Source: an uncultured Pseudomonadales bacterium (lineage in GTDB: Bacteria > Patescibacteriota > Microgenomatia > UBA1400 > PJMF01). Taken from it: a stretch of 44,245 bases of DNA. Below the pieces are notes generated by a model. The model had not been told where the DNA came from. It worked only from the letters and a program-made list of their open reading frames with translations, and did not search any database. The stretch is from positions 1-44,245 of the forward strand of contig CAYNWG010000003.1 in assembly GCA_964400865.1 (NCBI GenBank), read 5' to 3'. Made by a program: the position numbers and the translations under genes. Below are positions 36,034-43,210 of this stretch, one piece after another (within the stretch, counting starts at the first letter, position 1; each line of letters begins with the position of its first letter).

Positions 36034-36486
36034 TCAAGATCTGAGAGATTGATCAATCACAAACAACTGATTTTTCCTAAGTAGGGGTAAATTTTCCAAT
36101 GAAAAGAAGCCAAATTCGGATACTTCGTGTGTCGGCCGAAACTCACCACCAATCAGCACTCCTTTGTAACAAATATCCAAACGCGCGGTTTCACGATCCG
36201 TCAAAGTTTTTAATATTTCATCCACGCTTACAACCAAGCCAGATTCCTCTTTTATTTCTCTTTCTAATCCTTCACTAGGATGCTCGCCAGATTTTAAATA
36301 CCCACCTGGTAAACTCCACGCATGTGATCTGTAAGTATGCTTAAACAGCAAGATTTCATCTTTGTCATTATAAATTATTCCAGTTAGGCCAACCAAAAAT
36401 TGATCCTGAAAAAACCGCATAAAACTTAGTTGAATATGTTTGGGGAAACCTACTGATTTCCAAATTTTAGCAAGTATGGATTTCAC
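36034..36486 (-). CDS. NUDIX hydrolase
   Basis: Nudix box GGYLKSGEHPSEGLEREIKEESGL. GTG start overlaps the upstream stop (GTGA). Confidence 0.85.
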   Translation of the reverse strand: MKSILAKIWKSVGFPKHIQLSFMRFFQDQFLVGLTGIIYNDKDEILLFKHTYRSHAWSLPGGYLKSGEHPSEGLEREIKEESGLVVSVDEILKTLTDRETARLDICYKGVLIGGEFRPTHEVSEFGFFSLENLPLLRKNQLFVIDQSLRS

Positions 36487-36857
36487 ATTGCCTTAGTATC
36501 GATTAATTTATCGCCAGAGATATCTTCAAACTTTTTGTTCTCCAATTCCAGCTGATGTATTCTCTTGGTTAATTCAAGCACCTGATCTTTATTTTTTTCA
36601 ATTTCTTTGTTTTTTCCCCTCAATCTGTAAGAGTTTCCAATCGCATGAAATAAATATGCCAAATATCCCAAGATCAAACCGACTAATACTGAGGTAACGA
36701 TGACATAGAAAAGCGGAATATCGGTGATGGTATACATGCCTAAATTCACAGACACCAGCATAAAATTAAATTTTGAGAGATAGACTAATACAGATCCAAC
36801 CACCAACAGCAAAATAATCGCTAACATAAATCCCCCAAATATTCCTGTAAACCTCAT
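36483..36857 (-). CDS. Small membrane protein, LapA/DUF1049-like (2 TM plus coiled coil)
   Basis: Two TM helices (FMLAIILLLVVGSVLVYL; IPLFYVIVTSVLVGLILGYLAYLF) followed by a heptad-like segment KNKDQVLELTKRIHQLELENKKFE. Confidence 0.45.
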   Translation of the reverse strand: MRFTGIFGGFMLAIILLLVVGSVLVYLSKFNFMLVSVNLGMYTITDIPLFYVIVTSVLVGLILGYLAYLFHAIGNSYRLRGKNKEIEKNKDQVLELTKRIHQLELENKKFEDISGDKLIDTKAM

Positions 36858-36895
36858 CTAGTATACACTGAAAGTTGGTAATCCTTGCCACCAAG

Positions 36896-37588
36896 TCAGT
36901 AAATGTGACGCAGTATCGTATCCATAACGGCGGTGCGAGCAACAGCCGGGTCTAAGCTTCGGAAAAAATGATTGCTGTTGGATAAACCAAATTGTTGCCA
37001 TATTTTTTGACCGTTTTCTGAGAGATAGTAGCTTTCTATTGTAATAATAGCGCGATTAAGCAGGATCCCAACTCCAATTGCGTTAAGAAGGGAGCCAATA
37101 CCCACCGCATAATTATCTGGTTCACCAATAAGTAATGGACGCCTTCTTTCGAGGGTCATCGCCGAATTTACAAACCAATTAACACTTTCTCCATTGATAC
37201 GCCATCCTAAATTATCTAGTGGAATATATTGTGAATGATGGCATTTTAAATCAGTAAAAACATATTGCTCGCCGGTTTGTTTTTTGCAAAAAGCCAAATC
37301 GCAATGAGCAATCAAACCAAATTCATCAACCGGAAACACAGTGCCATTGCTTTGCACATATGCAACTATAGTTGTCAATTCCTCAACAGCGTCAGTAATT
37401 ATTTCGTACTTTTTTCCCTTTGGGGGGATAAGTGTATTTACCCACACAAATAGTTTCTCTCCGCTTAGCGAGCGCGTGGCGATTTCAATTGGCACTGGAC
37501 TAGTTGTAACTAATTGTAAAAAGTCAGCAACACGTTTAATTTGCTCAGTTCTATCTTGAATTTTTGTGATGCCCTCGATGTAATTCAT
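36896..37588 (-). CDS. Hypothetical protein (230 aa)
   Basis: ATG ORF with coding-like composition. A weak GNAT-like segment (AVGIGSLLNAIGVGILLNRA) is not sufficient for a call. Confidence 0.55.
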   Translation of the reverse strand: MNYIEGITKIQDRTEQIKRVADFLQLVTTSPVPIEIATRSLSGEKLFVWVNTLIPPKGKKYEIITDAVEELTTIVAYVQSNGTVFPVDEFGLIAHCDLAFCKKQTGEQYVFTDLKCHHSQYIPLDNLGWRINGESVNWFVNSAMTLERRRPLLIGEPDNYAVGIGSLLNAIGVGILLNRAIITIESYYLSENGQKIWQQFGLSNSNHFFRSLDPAVARTAVMDTILRHIY

Positions 37589-37643
37589 GATCTAACTATC
37601 CCCAGTCAGCTTAACACAGTCTTTATTTCTGCATTAAATTGAA

Positions 37644-38219
37644 TCATTCTTGCTTAAACGGCAAGTGTTTTCTTATCACGAGTAGCACCATAATCAAGTT
37701 AATTAAAATAATATACAACGGGTATAAATATTGATCGAAAACTAATTTTTCGGTTGCCAGTAGATTGCAGATGCCCGCACAAACATCAAGAAAATAAAAC
37801 GTCCACACTTCAGTCTTTGGAAAATGATACGTTTTAATTAAGGTGGGCACAATGCCAATAAAATCAGCTCCGATGGCAAAATACAAAGCAATAAGCGGGT
37901 CTTGAGTTAATTTCCAGGCAGCAATTCCCGCTAAGGCAGTGAGTAAACAAAAAATATCAAGCTTGGACCACCCCCCCATTCCGTACTTAATGCTCAAACC
38001 GAAGATAATCACCGATTGAAAAGTAGAAATCCCCGATAACCAAACCGCCACCTGATTATCTTGAGCGAGTAGTGAAAGAGTCGTGAGTGTAGAAATTACT
38101 AAAAATACTAATCTAGTGGTCCGGTGCGGTTTAGCCTGACCTCTCAAAATTGCAATAAAATACACAAACGATGAAAGGGATGCTAACAAAACGCTAGCAG
38201 TTATCAGAATGTTTTGCAT
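37644..38219 (-). CDS. Polytopic membrane protein (about 6 TM), unknown family
   Basis: Hydrophobic helices run the whole length. ATG 38219 is preferred over the adjacent GTG 38222. Confidence 0.6.
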   Translation of the reverse strand: MQNILITASVLLASLSSFVYFIAILRGQAKPHRTTRLVFLVISTLTTLSLLAQDNQVAVWLSGISTFQSVIIFGLSIKYGMGGWSKLDIFCLLTALAGIAAWKLTQDPLIALYFAIGADFIGIVPTLIKTYHFPKTEVWTFYFLDVCAGICNLLATEKLVFDQYLYPLYIILINLIMVLLVIRKHLPFKQE

Positions 38220-38246
38220 CACCTGCCGATTTTGTTGTTAGTAGGA

Positions 38247-38396
38247 TTAGAAAGAATTAATAATTGGGTAATACATATAACCCAAATAAGCACCGACAAA
38301 TGGCAGAGCAATGAAAAGCGCAGCTGCCAATAATTTGGACAAAGTGGTCACTTTGGTAAGAGGGTTTGGGGTTTTTGCAACCGATTTTTTGGACAT
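38247..38396 (-). CDS. Possible 49-aa small membrane protein (below the ORF-track cutoff)
   Basis: Hand translation gives MSKKSVAKTPNPLTKVTTLSKLLAAALFIALPFVGAYLGYMYYPIINSF*: a basic N-terminus plus one clean TM helix. It overlaps the implausible 65-aa track ORF 38257..38454 in another frame. Confidence 0.35.
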   Translation of the reverse strand: MSKKSVAKTPNPLTKVTTLSKLLAAALFIALPFVGAYLGYMYYPIINSF

Positions 38397-38473
38397 ACAA
38401 TAAATGTAGCACATTAGCTTCAACAATAAAACGACTACCTGCCCTATTGTGCAACTAAATACATAGTGTGAAT

Positions 38474-38989
38474 TTAATTAGAACTATCTTTTGGCAAGCT
38501 TTCGCAAGCTTCACCATCATTATCGCCATCCAAGCGATTAACGTCGTGTTCTGTGCCACCTACTTTCTCAAAAAACCGCTGAGATTCAGGCTGCGTAATA
38601 AAGTCATCACAATTATAATCATCGGCTTTTTTACCTTTTGTGCCATCTGTAGTAATTTCACCAAACTTGTCAAACAATACGTTGCCCTCAACATCACGTG
38701 ATATCTTTGAATCCTCAAATGACTTGGACTCCCAAAGTTTTTGCAAATCCCAATCATTTTGAGAAACCTCTAGTCCTAATGCTGTAAGTAAGGTAACAAA
38801 AATAATAGCGAGAAAGATGCGAGCTTTGGTCCAAAAAATAAACATAATAGCGACGATCACCAATAACACCGCAATTAAGCCTAAACGAAATTTATGATTA
38901 CCCCGAAGCTTGGAAAGCTTTGAGGGTCCCTTTGCAACAGTTTTTTCTGATTTGGCTGTTTTATCTGATTCAGTGGTTTTTTCGTTCAT
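38474..38989 (-). CDS. Membrane-anchored Excalibur calcium-binding domain protein
   Basis: C-terminus DYNCDDFITQPESQRFFEKVGGTEHDVNRLDGDNDGEACESL matches the Excalibur DxDxDGxxCE motif. TM LGLIAVLLVIVAIMFIFW. ATG 38989 is preferred because the longest ORF would collide with the divergent gene at 39046. Confidence 0.75.
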   Translation of the reverse strand: MNEKTTESDKTAKSEKTVAKGPSKLSKLRGNHKFRLGLIAVLLVIVAIMFIFWTKARIFLAIIFVTLLTALGLEVSQNDWDLQKLWESKSFEDSKISRDVEGNVLFDKFGEITTDGTKGKKADDYNCDDFITQPESQRFFEKVGGTEHDVNRLDGDNDGEACESLPKDSSN

Positions 38990-39009
38990 ATGCTTTGATT
39001 GTACTCCCT

Positions 39010-39039
39010 TTGATGGTTCTCTGCAGTATTTGCTATACT
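39010..39039 (+). promoter_or_regulatory. Extended -10 promoter giving a leaderless mRNA for the 39046 gene
   Basis: TTGATG 39010-39015, 18-nt spacer, TGcTATACT 39031-39039, then 6 nt to ATG 39046. Confidence 0.5.
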
Positions 39040-39045
39040 TGATCA

Positions 39046-39726
39046 ATGCCCCTTTTTACGCAACCAAAGCAAATGCTGATGATTTTAATTTGTCTCGCGA
39101 TGGTTGGTCTAACAATTTCGACAACCATGCTTTGGCTGAAAGTAGATCGTGCAGAACAACTGCTAATAAAAAGTACTCAAGAAGTAGCCACGCCTGTAGA
39201 TTCTGAAGATTTTCCAGATTCGCCGTCTTTTATTTCGGCTGCTGATCAAGATCAGCTAGAAGCTTCTGTTTCTGCGCTCGCAGCTAGATTAGAACAAACT
39301 GAACTAAATTTAAAAACTGTAATAAACCAAATCACCACGTCTACAAGCGTACAGCAAAATAATGTCGCACCTTCCTTCACCAAAGAAACGCTCTATCTTG
39401 GTTCAGCAAGCACCACCAGTCGCGATTGGAACGAAACTGGTTTGGAGATCGGCGTCAATTCTGCTCACTACCCCACTGGCGTTACTGTCAAACTAGAGGC
39501 TTCAGTATCGATTATTGGTGGTGAAGCCTGGGTTCGCTTAAAAAATAAAACAACCGGCGCTGTCATTTCGCTGTCAGAAATTTCTCATAATACTAGCGCG
39601 GCTACTTGGAAACTGTCGCCGAGTTTTGCCTTGCATTCAGGCGGATACACCTATGTCCTAGAGGCACGTTCAACCAGCGGAGAGACCGCTGATATTTCTG
39701 GAGCTCGGCTGATTATAGAAAAATAG
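39046..39726 (+). CDS. Hypothetical N-terminally anchored extracytoplasmic protein
   Basis: TM MLMILICLAMVGLTISTTMLWL, a coiled segment, and a beta-rich C-terminal domain. Confidence 0.6.
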   Translation: MPLFTQPKQMLMILICLAMVGLTISTTMLWLKVDRAEQLLIKSTQEVATPVDSEDFPDSPSFISAADQDQLEASVSALAARLEQTELNLKTVINQITTSTSVQQNNVAPSFTKETLYLGSASTTSRDWNETGLEIGVNSAHYPTGVTVKLEASVSIIGGEAWVRLKNKTTGAVISLSEISHNTSAATWKLSPSFALHSGGYTYVLEARSTSGETADISGARLIIEK

Positions 39727-39754
39727 TTAGTTTGAATGAGTGATAAATTTTGAG

Positions 39755-39782
39755 TTGAACCCTTTTTCTATACTGATATACT
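39755..39782 (+). promoter_or_regulatory. Promoter with extended -10 giving a leaderless mRNA for the 39789 gene
   Basis: TTGAAC 39755-39760, 16-nt spacer, TGaTATACT 39774-39782, then 6 nt to ATG 39789. Confidence 0.55.
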
Positions 39783-39788
39783 ATCAAA

Positions 39789-40421
39789 ATGAATCGTAAT
39801 GAATCATGGACTCGATCCATCAAGGATGCTAGCCCATTTAGATTTGTTTATCCAGAGTTTTTGACCCATCTTCAGTCGCTTGAATTACAACCGAAACATA
39901 TTTCTGGTTCTGTATTGGTTATTGGTCAATCTGCTGCTTGCCCCGAAAAAACGTTACTAGCTACACCAGAATCAAGTTTTCAGGTTTTAAGACGCGAGGT
40001 AACCTCAGTTTTTTTCTGTGATTCCGACCTTTTTACCGCACCACATATTCATTTTGATAATCCAGTAATCAATACCATTGATTTTGATGTCCTACCCCAA
40101 CCAAGACAAGGGGAAATCTATTTTGAAATGAGTTCAAGTTATGACTTTTTACAGCGGGCACCAACGAATTTTTTTGATTCAGCCCTGATGATTCGAGTAG
40201 AAGACACTGGTACACAAATAGCAGATTATGATCTGATAAAACAATTAGCGCCACATCTCAAACCTGGTGGATTTTTCATTTGTAGCGGGGGCAGATTCCC
40301 AACGCATCTTAAATCAGAATTTTTCTCACCCCTATCGCCAGTTCGAGTGGTTCAGTTACCAAATTACAGCGGTGGTTATCCGTTTATTAACAACATGGGA
40401 GCAATCTTACAAAAGATGTAA
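39789..40421 (+). CDS. Hypothetical protein, weakly SAM-methyltransferase-like
   Basis: VLVIGQSAA (motif I-like) and LKPGGFFICSGG (post-motif II-like). These are weak matches by eye only. Confidence 0.35.
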   Translation: MNRNESWTRSIKDASPFRFVYPEFLTHLQSLELQPKHISGSVLVIGQSAACPEKTLLATPESSFQVLRREVTSVFFCDSDLFTAPHIHFDNPVINTIDFDVLPQPRQGEIYFEMSSSYDFLQRAPTNFFDSALMIRVEDTGTQIADYDLIKQLAPHLKPGGFFICSGGRFPTHLKSEFFSPLSPVRVVQLPNYSGGYPFINNMGAILQKM

Positions 40422-40425
40422 CTCT

Positions 40426-40668
40426 CTAAAACAGTAACTGAGAAATAATTATATTCTTCAGTTTATCCCAAATGTCCCCAGTGCGTTCGATTGTGTGAAC
40501 GCTCAGTGGCCAACCAACGAGTTCCTCAACATCTGCCGCTGTCTTCAAGCAGTCAGCATGTTTTGATAGCACTATAGCTACTCCAGGATTTCCCTTCGCA
40601 TACGCATGAATGGCCTCTGTAACTTCCCAACTAAACGGTACTGGCGCATTTGCTTCAATGATACTCAA
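40426..40668 (-). CDS. Hypothetical 80-aa protein (TTG start, or frameshifted remnant)
   Basis: The ORF begins at a TTG that overlaps the TGA of a 22-codon leaderless ORF starting at ATG 40733. No SD and no recognisable family. Confidence 0.35.
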   Translation of the reverse strand: MSIIEANAPVPFSWEVTEAIHAYAKGNPGVAIVLSKHADCLKTAADVEELVGWPLSVHTIERTGDIWDKLKNIIISQLLF

Positions 40669-40739
40669 AATATGGAGCTTTTTGTCTGTATTGGAACTTG
40701 CGGTTCGAGTGGAAGAATTGTGAGTTGCTCCATGTTTCT

Positions 40740-40768
40740 AATATAGGTAGATGAAAAGACAAAGTCAA
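40740..40768 (-). promoter_or_regulatory. Sigma70-like promoter, copy 1 of a duplicated promoter cassette (leaderless)
   Basis: Minus strand reads TTGACT (40768-40763), 17-nt spacer, TATATT (40745-40740), AGAAAC, then ATG at 40733. Confidence 0.55.
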
Positions 40769-40821
40769 ATTATGCGTCCTATTCCGTGTATAATCCATCA
40801 CTCGGGTTATGAGAATTTTAT

Positions 40822-42444
40822 ATGTTACTTGAAACAACTAATCTAGCCAAATCGATAGGAGCTACATATCTTTTCCAAGATCTAGCTTTTACAATTGTGG
40901 CGGGAGAAAAAATTGCCCTCATTGGTAGAAACGGTTATGGAAAAACAACTTTGCTCAAAATCCTCAGTGGTGAAGATCATGATTTTGAAGGCACAGTTAA
41001 AACCCGCAAAGGTACTCGGATATTACTTACCAAACAAGAACATATCCAAGAAACAGAACAATCTGCGTTGGAGTATATTTTAAAAAGTGTTCCCCACTAT
41101 TTTGAGTATCAAAAATTCCTCGAAGAATATGAAAGTGGTCAGAATACAAATTTAAACCGATATTTGGAAATATTAGAATACTGTACCGAACATAAGTACT
41201 TCAATTTACAAGAAGCTGTTATCAGCAGCCTGGAGGACTTTGGCATATCTACGGCAATGATTCACCAACCATTACAGCATTTATCTGGCGGTCAAAAACG
41301 ATATGTTGAAATGACTCGGATGATGTTTTCTCAGGCTGATATCCTCCTGATTGATGAACCAACAAATCACATGGACTACAAAGGCAAAGAGCGCTTTATC
41401 ACTTGGATGCGGAGTATTCCGCAAGCAATCGTCGTCATTACCCACGACAGAGACGTGCTCAAAAATGTCACCAAAATCATTGAGTTAAAAGATCGAAAAA
41501 TGCACTTTTTTAAGGGTAATTACCATAACTATATTAAACAAAACGCCACACAAACACTTACTTCGGTGAAACTCTATGAAGATCAACTCAGCCGTCTGAA
41601 GGAAGCAAAGAAGAAAGTTGAGTGGGGACTACAAATGCGCGCCAAGAGCAAAGAGTGGAAGATTCGCTACGATCATTGGCTGAGAGACTATGAAAAAATT
41701 AAAGCAGCCACAATCAAACCAGCGTTTTGGATTGATCAGAATTCAATCGAAAGTTTGGATAAAAAAGTAGTTGATTCGTATGATAAGTTTAAAGAAAAAA
41801 ACATTAAGATTTCTGGTACTGGTGATGTAAAAAGAGGTGGAGAGCTAGTTTCTGTCCGAAAATTGGCAGTAGGGTATGATGATTGCCTCTTCTCTGAAAT
41901 CAATTTTAGCCTTAAAGAAAGTGGACGTGTACTGATTAAAGGTAGAAATGGCGCCGGAAAAAGTACTTTGGTAAAGACATTGATTGCGTTATCAGAAAAG
42001 CTACCACCAACCGCTAATCTATTGGACGGCGAAATTAAATTTGGCAATGATCTGAGAATCGGCGAATATCAACAAGAAATTGATGGAAAATATCTTTCAC
42101 TACCACTAGCCGAAGCAATTCGCGTCATTCATGAGGAAAAACAGGTGGCGATTGATGAAAGAAAAGTCTATAGTTTGCTCGCCCAATATTTATTTGACAC
42201 CAAATTAGATGCACACCAAAAAATTATCAATCTATCGGGTGGTCAAAAAGCTCGATTTCAATTAATCAAAATGTTTATCGGTGAACCAAATTTATTAATT
42301 CTTGATGAACCAACCAACCATTTGGATTTACCCTCAATTGAAGAACTTGAAACAATGCTCGAAAAGTTTCCTGGGGCAATTCTCTATATTTCTCATGACA
42401 CCTATTTCATCAATCGCCTCGGTGGAGACACGATTGAACTATAG
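40822..42444 (+). CDS. ABC-F family ATPase (two ABC domains, no TM domain)
   Basis: Domain 1: GRNGYGKTTLLK, LSGGQKRYVEMTRM, LLIDEPTNHMD. Basic linker. Domain 2: GRNGAGKSTLVK, LSGGQKARFQLIKM, LILDEPTNHLD. Confidence 0.92.
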   Translation: MLLETTNLAKSIGATYLFQDLAFTIVAGEKIALIGRNGYGKTTLLKILSGEDHDFEGTVKTRKGTRILLTKQEHIQETEQSALEYILKSVPHYFEYQKFLEEYESGQNTNLNRYLEILEYCTEHKYFNLQEAVISSLEDFGISTAMIHQPLQHLSGGQKRYVEMTRMMFSQADILLIDEPTNHMDYKGKERFITWMRSIPQAIVVITHDRDVLKNVTKIIELKDRKMHFFKGNYHNYIKQNATQTLTSVKLYEDQLSRLKEAKKKVEWGLQMRAKSKEWKIRYDHWLRDYEKIKAATIKPAFWIDQNSIESLDKKVVDSYDKFKEKNIKISGTGDVKRGGELVSVRKLAVGYDDCLFSEINFSLKESGRVLIKGRNGAGKSTLVKTLIALSEKLPPTANLLDGEIKFGNDLRIGEYQQEIDGKYLSLPLAEAIRVIHEEKQVAIDERKVYSLLAQYLFDTKLDAHQKIINLSGGQKARFQLIKMFIGEPNLLILDEPTNHLDLPSIEELETMLEKFPGAILYISHDTYFINRLGGDTIEL

Positions 42445-42464
42445 TTTTGCCATGAAACCAAAAT

Positions 42465-43049
42465 TTATTTGATGCAAGCTCCATCCAAACAGCCGTTGGG
42501 ACAATTGGTAATCATACTGCCTTGGACATAATTGCCACTGCCAGCTGGACTTTCATAACACCACATTTCATTGACTTGAAGTTTGGAGCCAGTACATTCG
42601 TCGCTAACTGTGGTGGCTACTCCATTTTCATCAGTATAGGTAACAGTACCTTTAATTTTAATATCGTCTGGTTTTTCGTTGACATCTGAATCAACACATG
42701 CCGATTTCACACAAATGCCATTTTTCCAAAGTCCTTTGCAAGTTTTTTTCTCAACTTCCTCTTTTTCAGCCGTCGCTGCTGAGGCGATTCGTTCTAAATC
42801 TCCTAGCTTAGTCTCCAAAACCGCGTTTTCGGCTTTCATTTCTAGTAAAATCCGAGCACTTTCAATATTTTCATTTTTAAGCTGATCCAACATTTTTTGA
42901 TGAGTACTTTGTTGCAAAAAAAACACGCCTCCGCCCACCACGATTGCGGTTAATAAAACCAAAACATACACGAGTAGGTATTTTGGTGATTTATTTATTG
43001 GTTGAGTTTGGGGACTGTTTTGAAAAAGTTGGTTTGCTTGTTGTTCCAT
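42465..43049 (-). CDS. Membrane-anchored protein with coiled coil and Cys-rich C-terminal domain
   Basis: ATG 43049 (MEQQANQ...) lies 6 nt after the -10 box; the track start at 43073 falls inside the promoter. TM YLLVYVLVLLTAIVVGGGVFF, heptad region, then 10 Cys ending NCPNGCLDGACIK. Confidence 0.65.
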   Translation of the reverse strand: MEQQANQLFQNSPQTQPINKSPKYLLVYVLVLLTAIVVGGGVFFLQQSTHQKMLDQLKNENIESARILLEMKAENAVLETKLGDLERIASAATAEKEEVEKKTCKGLWKNGICVKSACVDSDVNEKPDDIKIKGTVTYTDENGVATTVSDECTGSKLQVNEMWCYESPAGSGNYVQGSMITNCPNGCLDGACIK

Positions 43050-43055
43050 GTTTCT

Positions 43056-43084
43056 AATATAGGTAGACGGCAAGACAATGTCAA
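43056..43084 (-). promoter_or_regulatory. Sigma70-like promoter, copy 2 of the duplicated cassette (leaderless)
   Basis: Minus strand reads TTGACA (43084-43079), 17-nt spacer, TATATT (43061-43056), AGAAAC, then ATG at 43049. Confidence 0.6.
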
Positions 43085-43104
43085 ATAATACTATGGATTT
43101 GGGA

Positions 43105-43155
43105 AACCTTTCGTCCTTTTGGACTCATCAGTACGGACACACATCCGTAGAGGCT
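43105..43155 (-). ncRNA. Hammerhead ribozyme, type III topology
   Basis: Minus-strand RNA is AGCCUC^UACGGA-UGUGUG-UCCGUA-CUGAUGA-GUCC-AAAA-GGAC-GAAA-GGUU. Both conserved cores are intact (C3UGAUGA9 and G12AA14). Stem I is a 6-bp hairpin and stem II a 4-bp hairpin with the G10.1-C11.1 pair. Stem III is open, 5 bp, with the A15.1-U16.1 pair. Predicted cleavage is after C17, between 43150 and 43149. Confidence 0.8.
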
Positions 43156-43188
43156 AAAGCTGCGGAACGGAGGTTCCGCAGCTTTAGC
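43153..43188 (-). other. Perfect 16-bp / 4-nt-loop hairpin immediately 5' of the ribozyme, sharing 3 nt with its stem III
   Basis: GCTAAAGCTGCGGAAC (43153-43168), GGAG loop, GTTCCGCAGCTTTAGC (43173-43188). No mismatch. Neither strand has a flanking U-tract. Confidence 0.85.
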
Positions 43189-43210
43189 ACTTGTATCAAA
43201 AAAGTTGTTG

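Noticed and set aside
38257-38454. 65-aa track ORF (MHNRAGSRFIVEANV...)
   Set aside because: Its composition is implausible (Cys/His-rich with no structure-forming pattern). It overlaps a more convincing small TM ORF in another frame and would start inside the neighbouring gene's downstream region.
40185-40210. Other CUGAUGA / TCATCAG occurrences as candidate hammerhead cores: plus strand near 18709, 24170, 39075 and 40185; minus strand near 2357, 4450, 9147, 22731 and 30705
   Set aside because: All lie inside coding sequence, and none has a stem II hairpin followed by GAAA or flanking complementary arms.
40695-40712. GGTTCGAG resembling a tRNA T-loop
   Set aside because: There are no complementary T-stem arms, D-loop or acceptor stem in the surrounding ~90 nt.
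40655-40837. 60-aa minus-strand track ORF spanning the divergent promoter region
   Set aside because: It runs across the -10/-35 boxes of the minus-strand promoter and the start of the ABC-F gene. It has no coding signal.
43153-43188. The 16-bp hairpin read as a rho-independent terminator of the SPFH gene
   Set aside because: On the minus strand CUCUACGG follows the stem, and on the plus strand ACTTGTATC follows it, so neither has a U-tract. The hairpin also overlaps ribozyme stem III. It is reported as a structural element instead.
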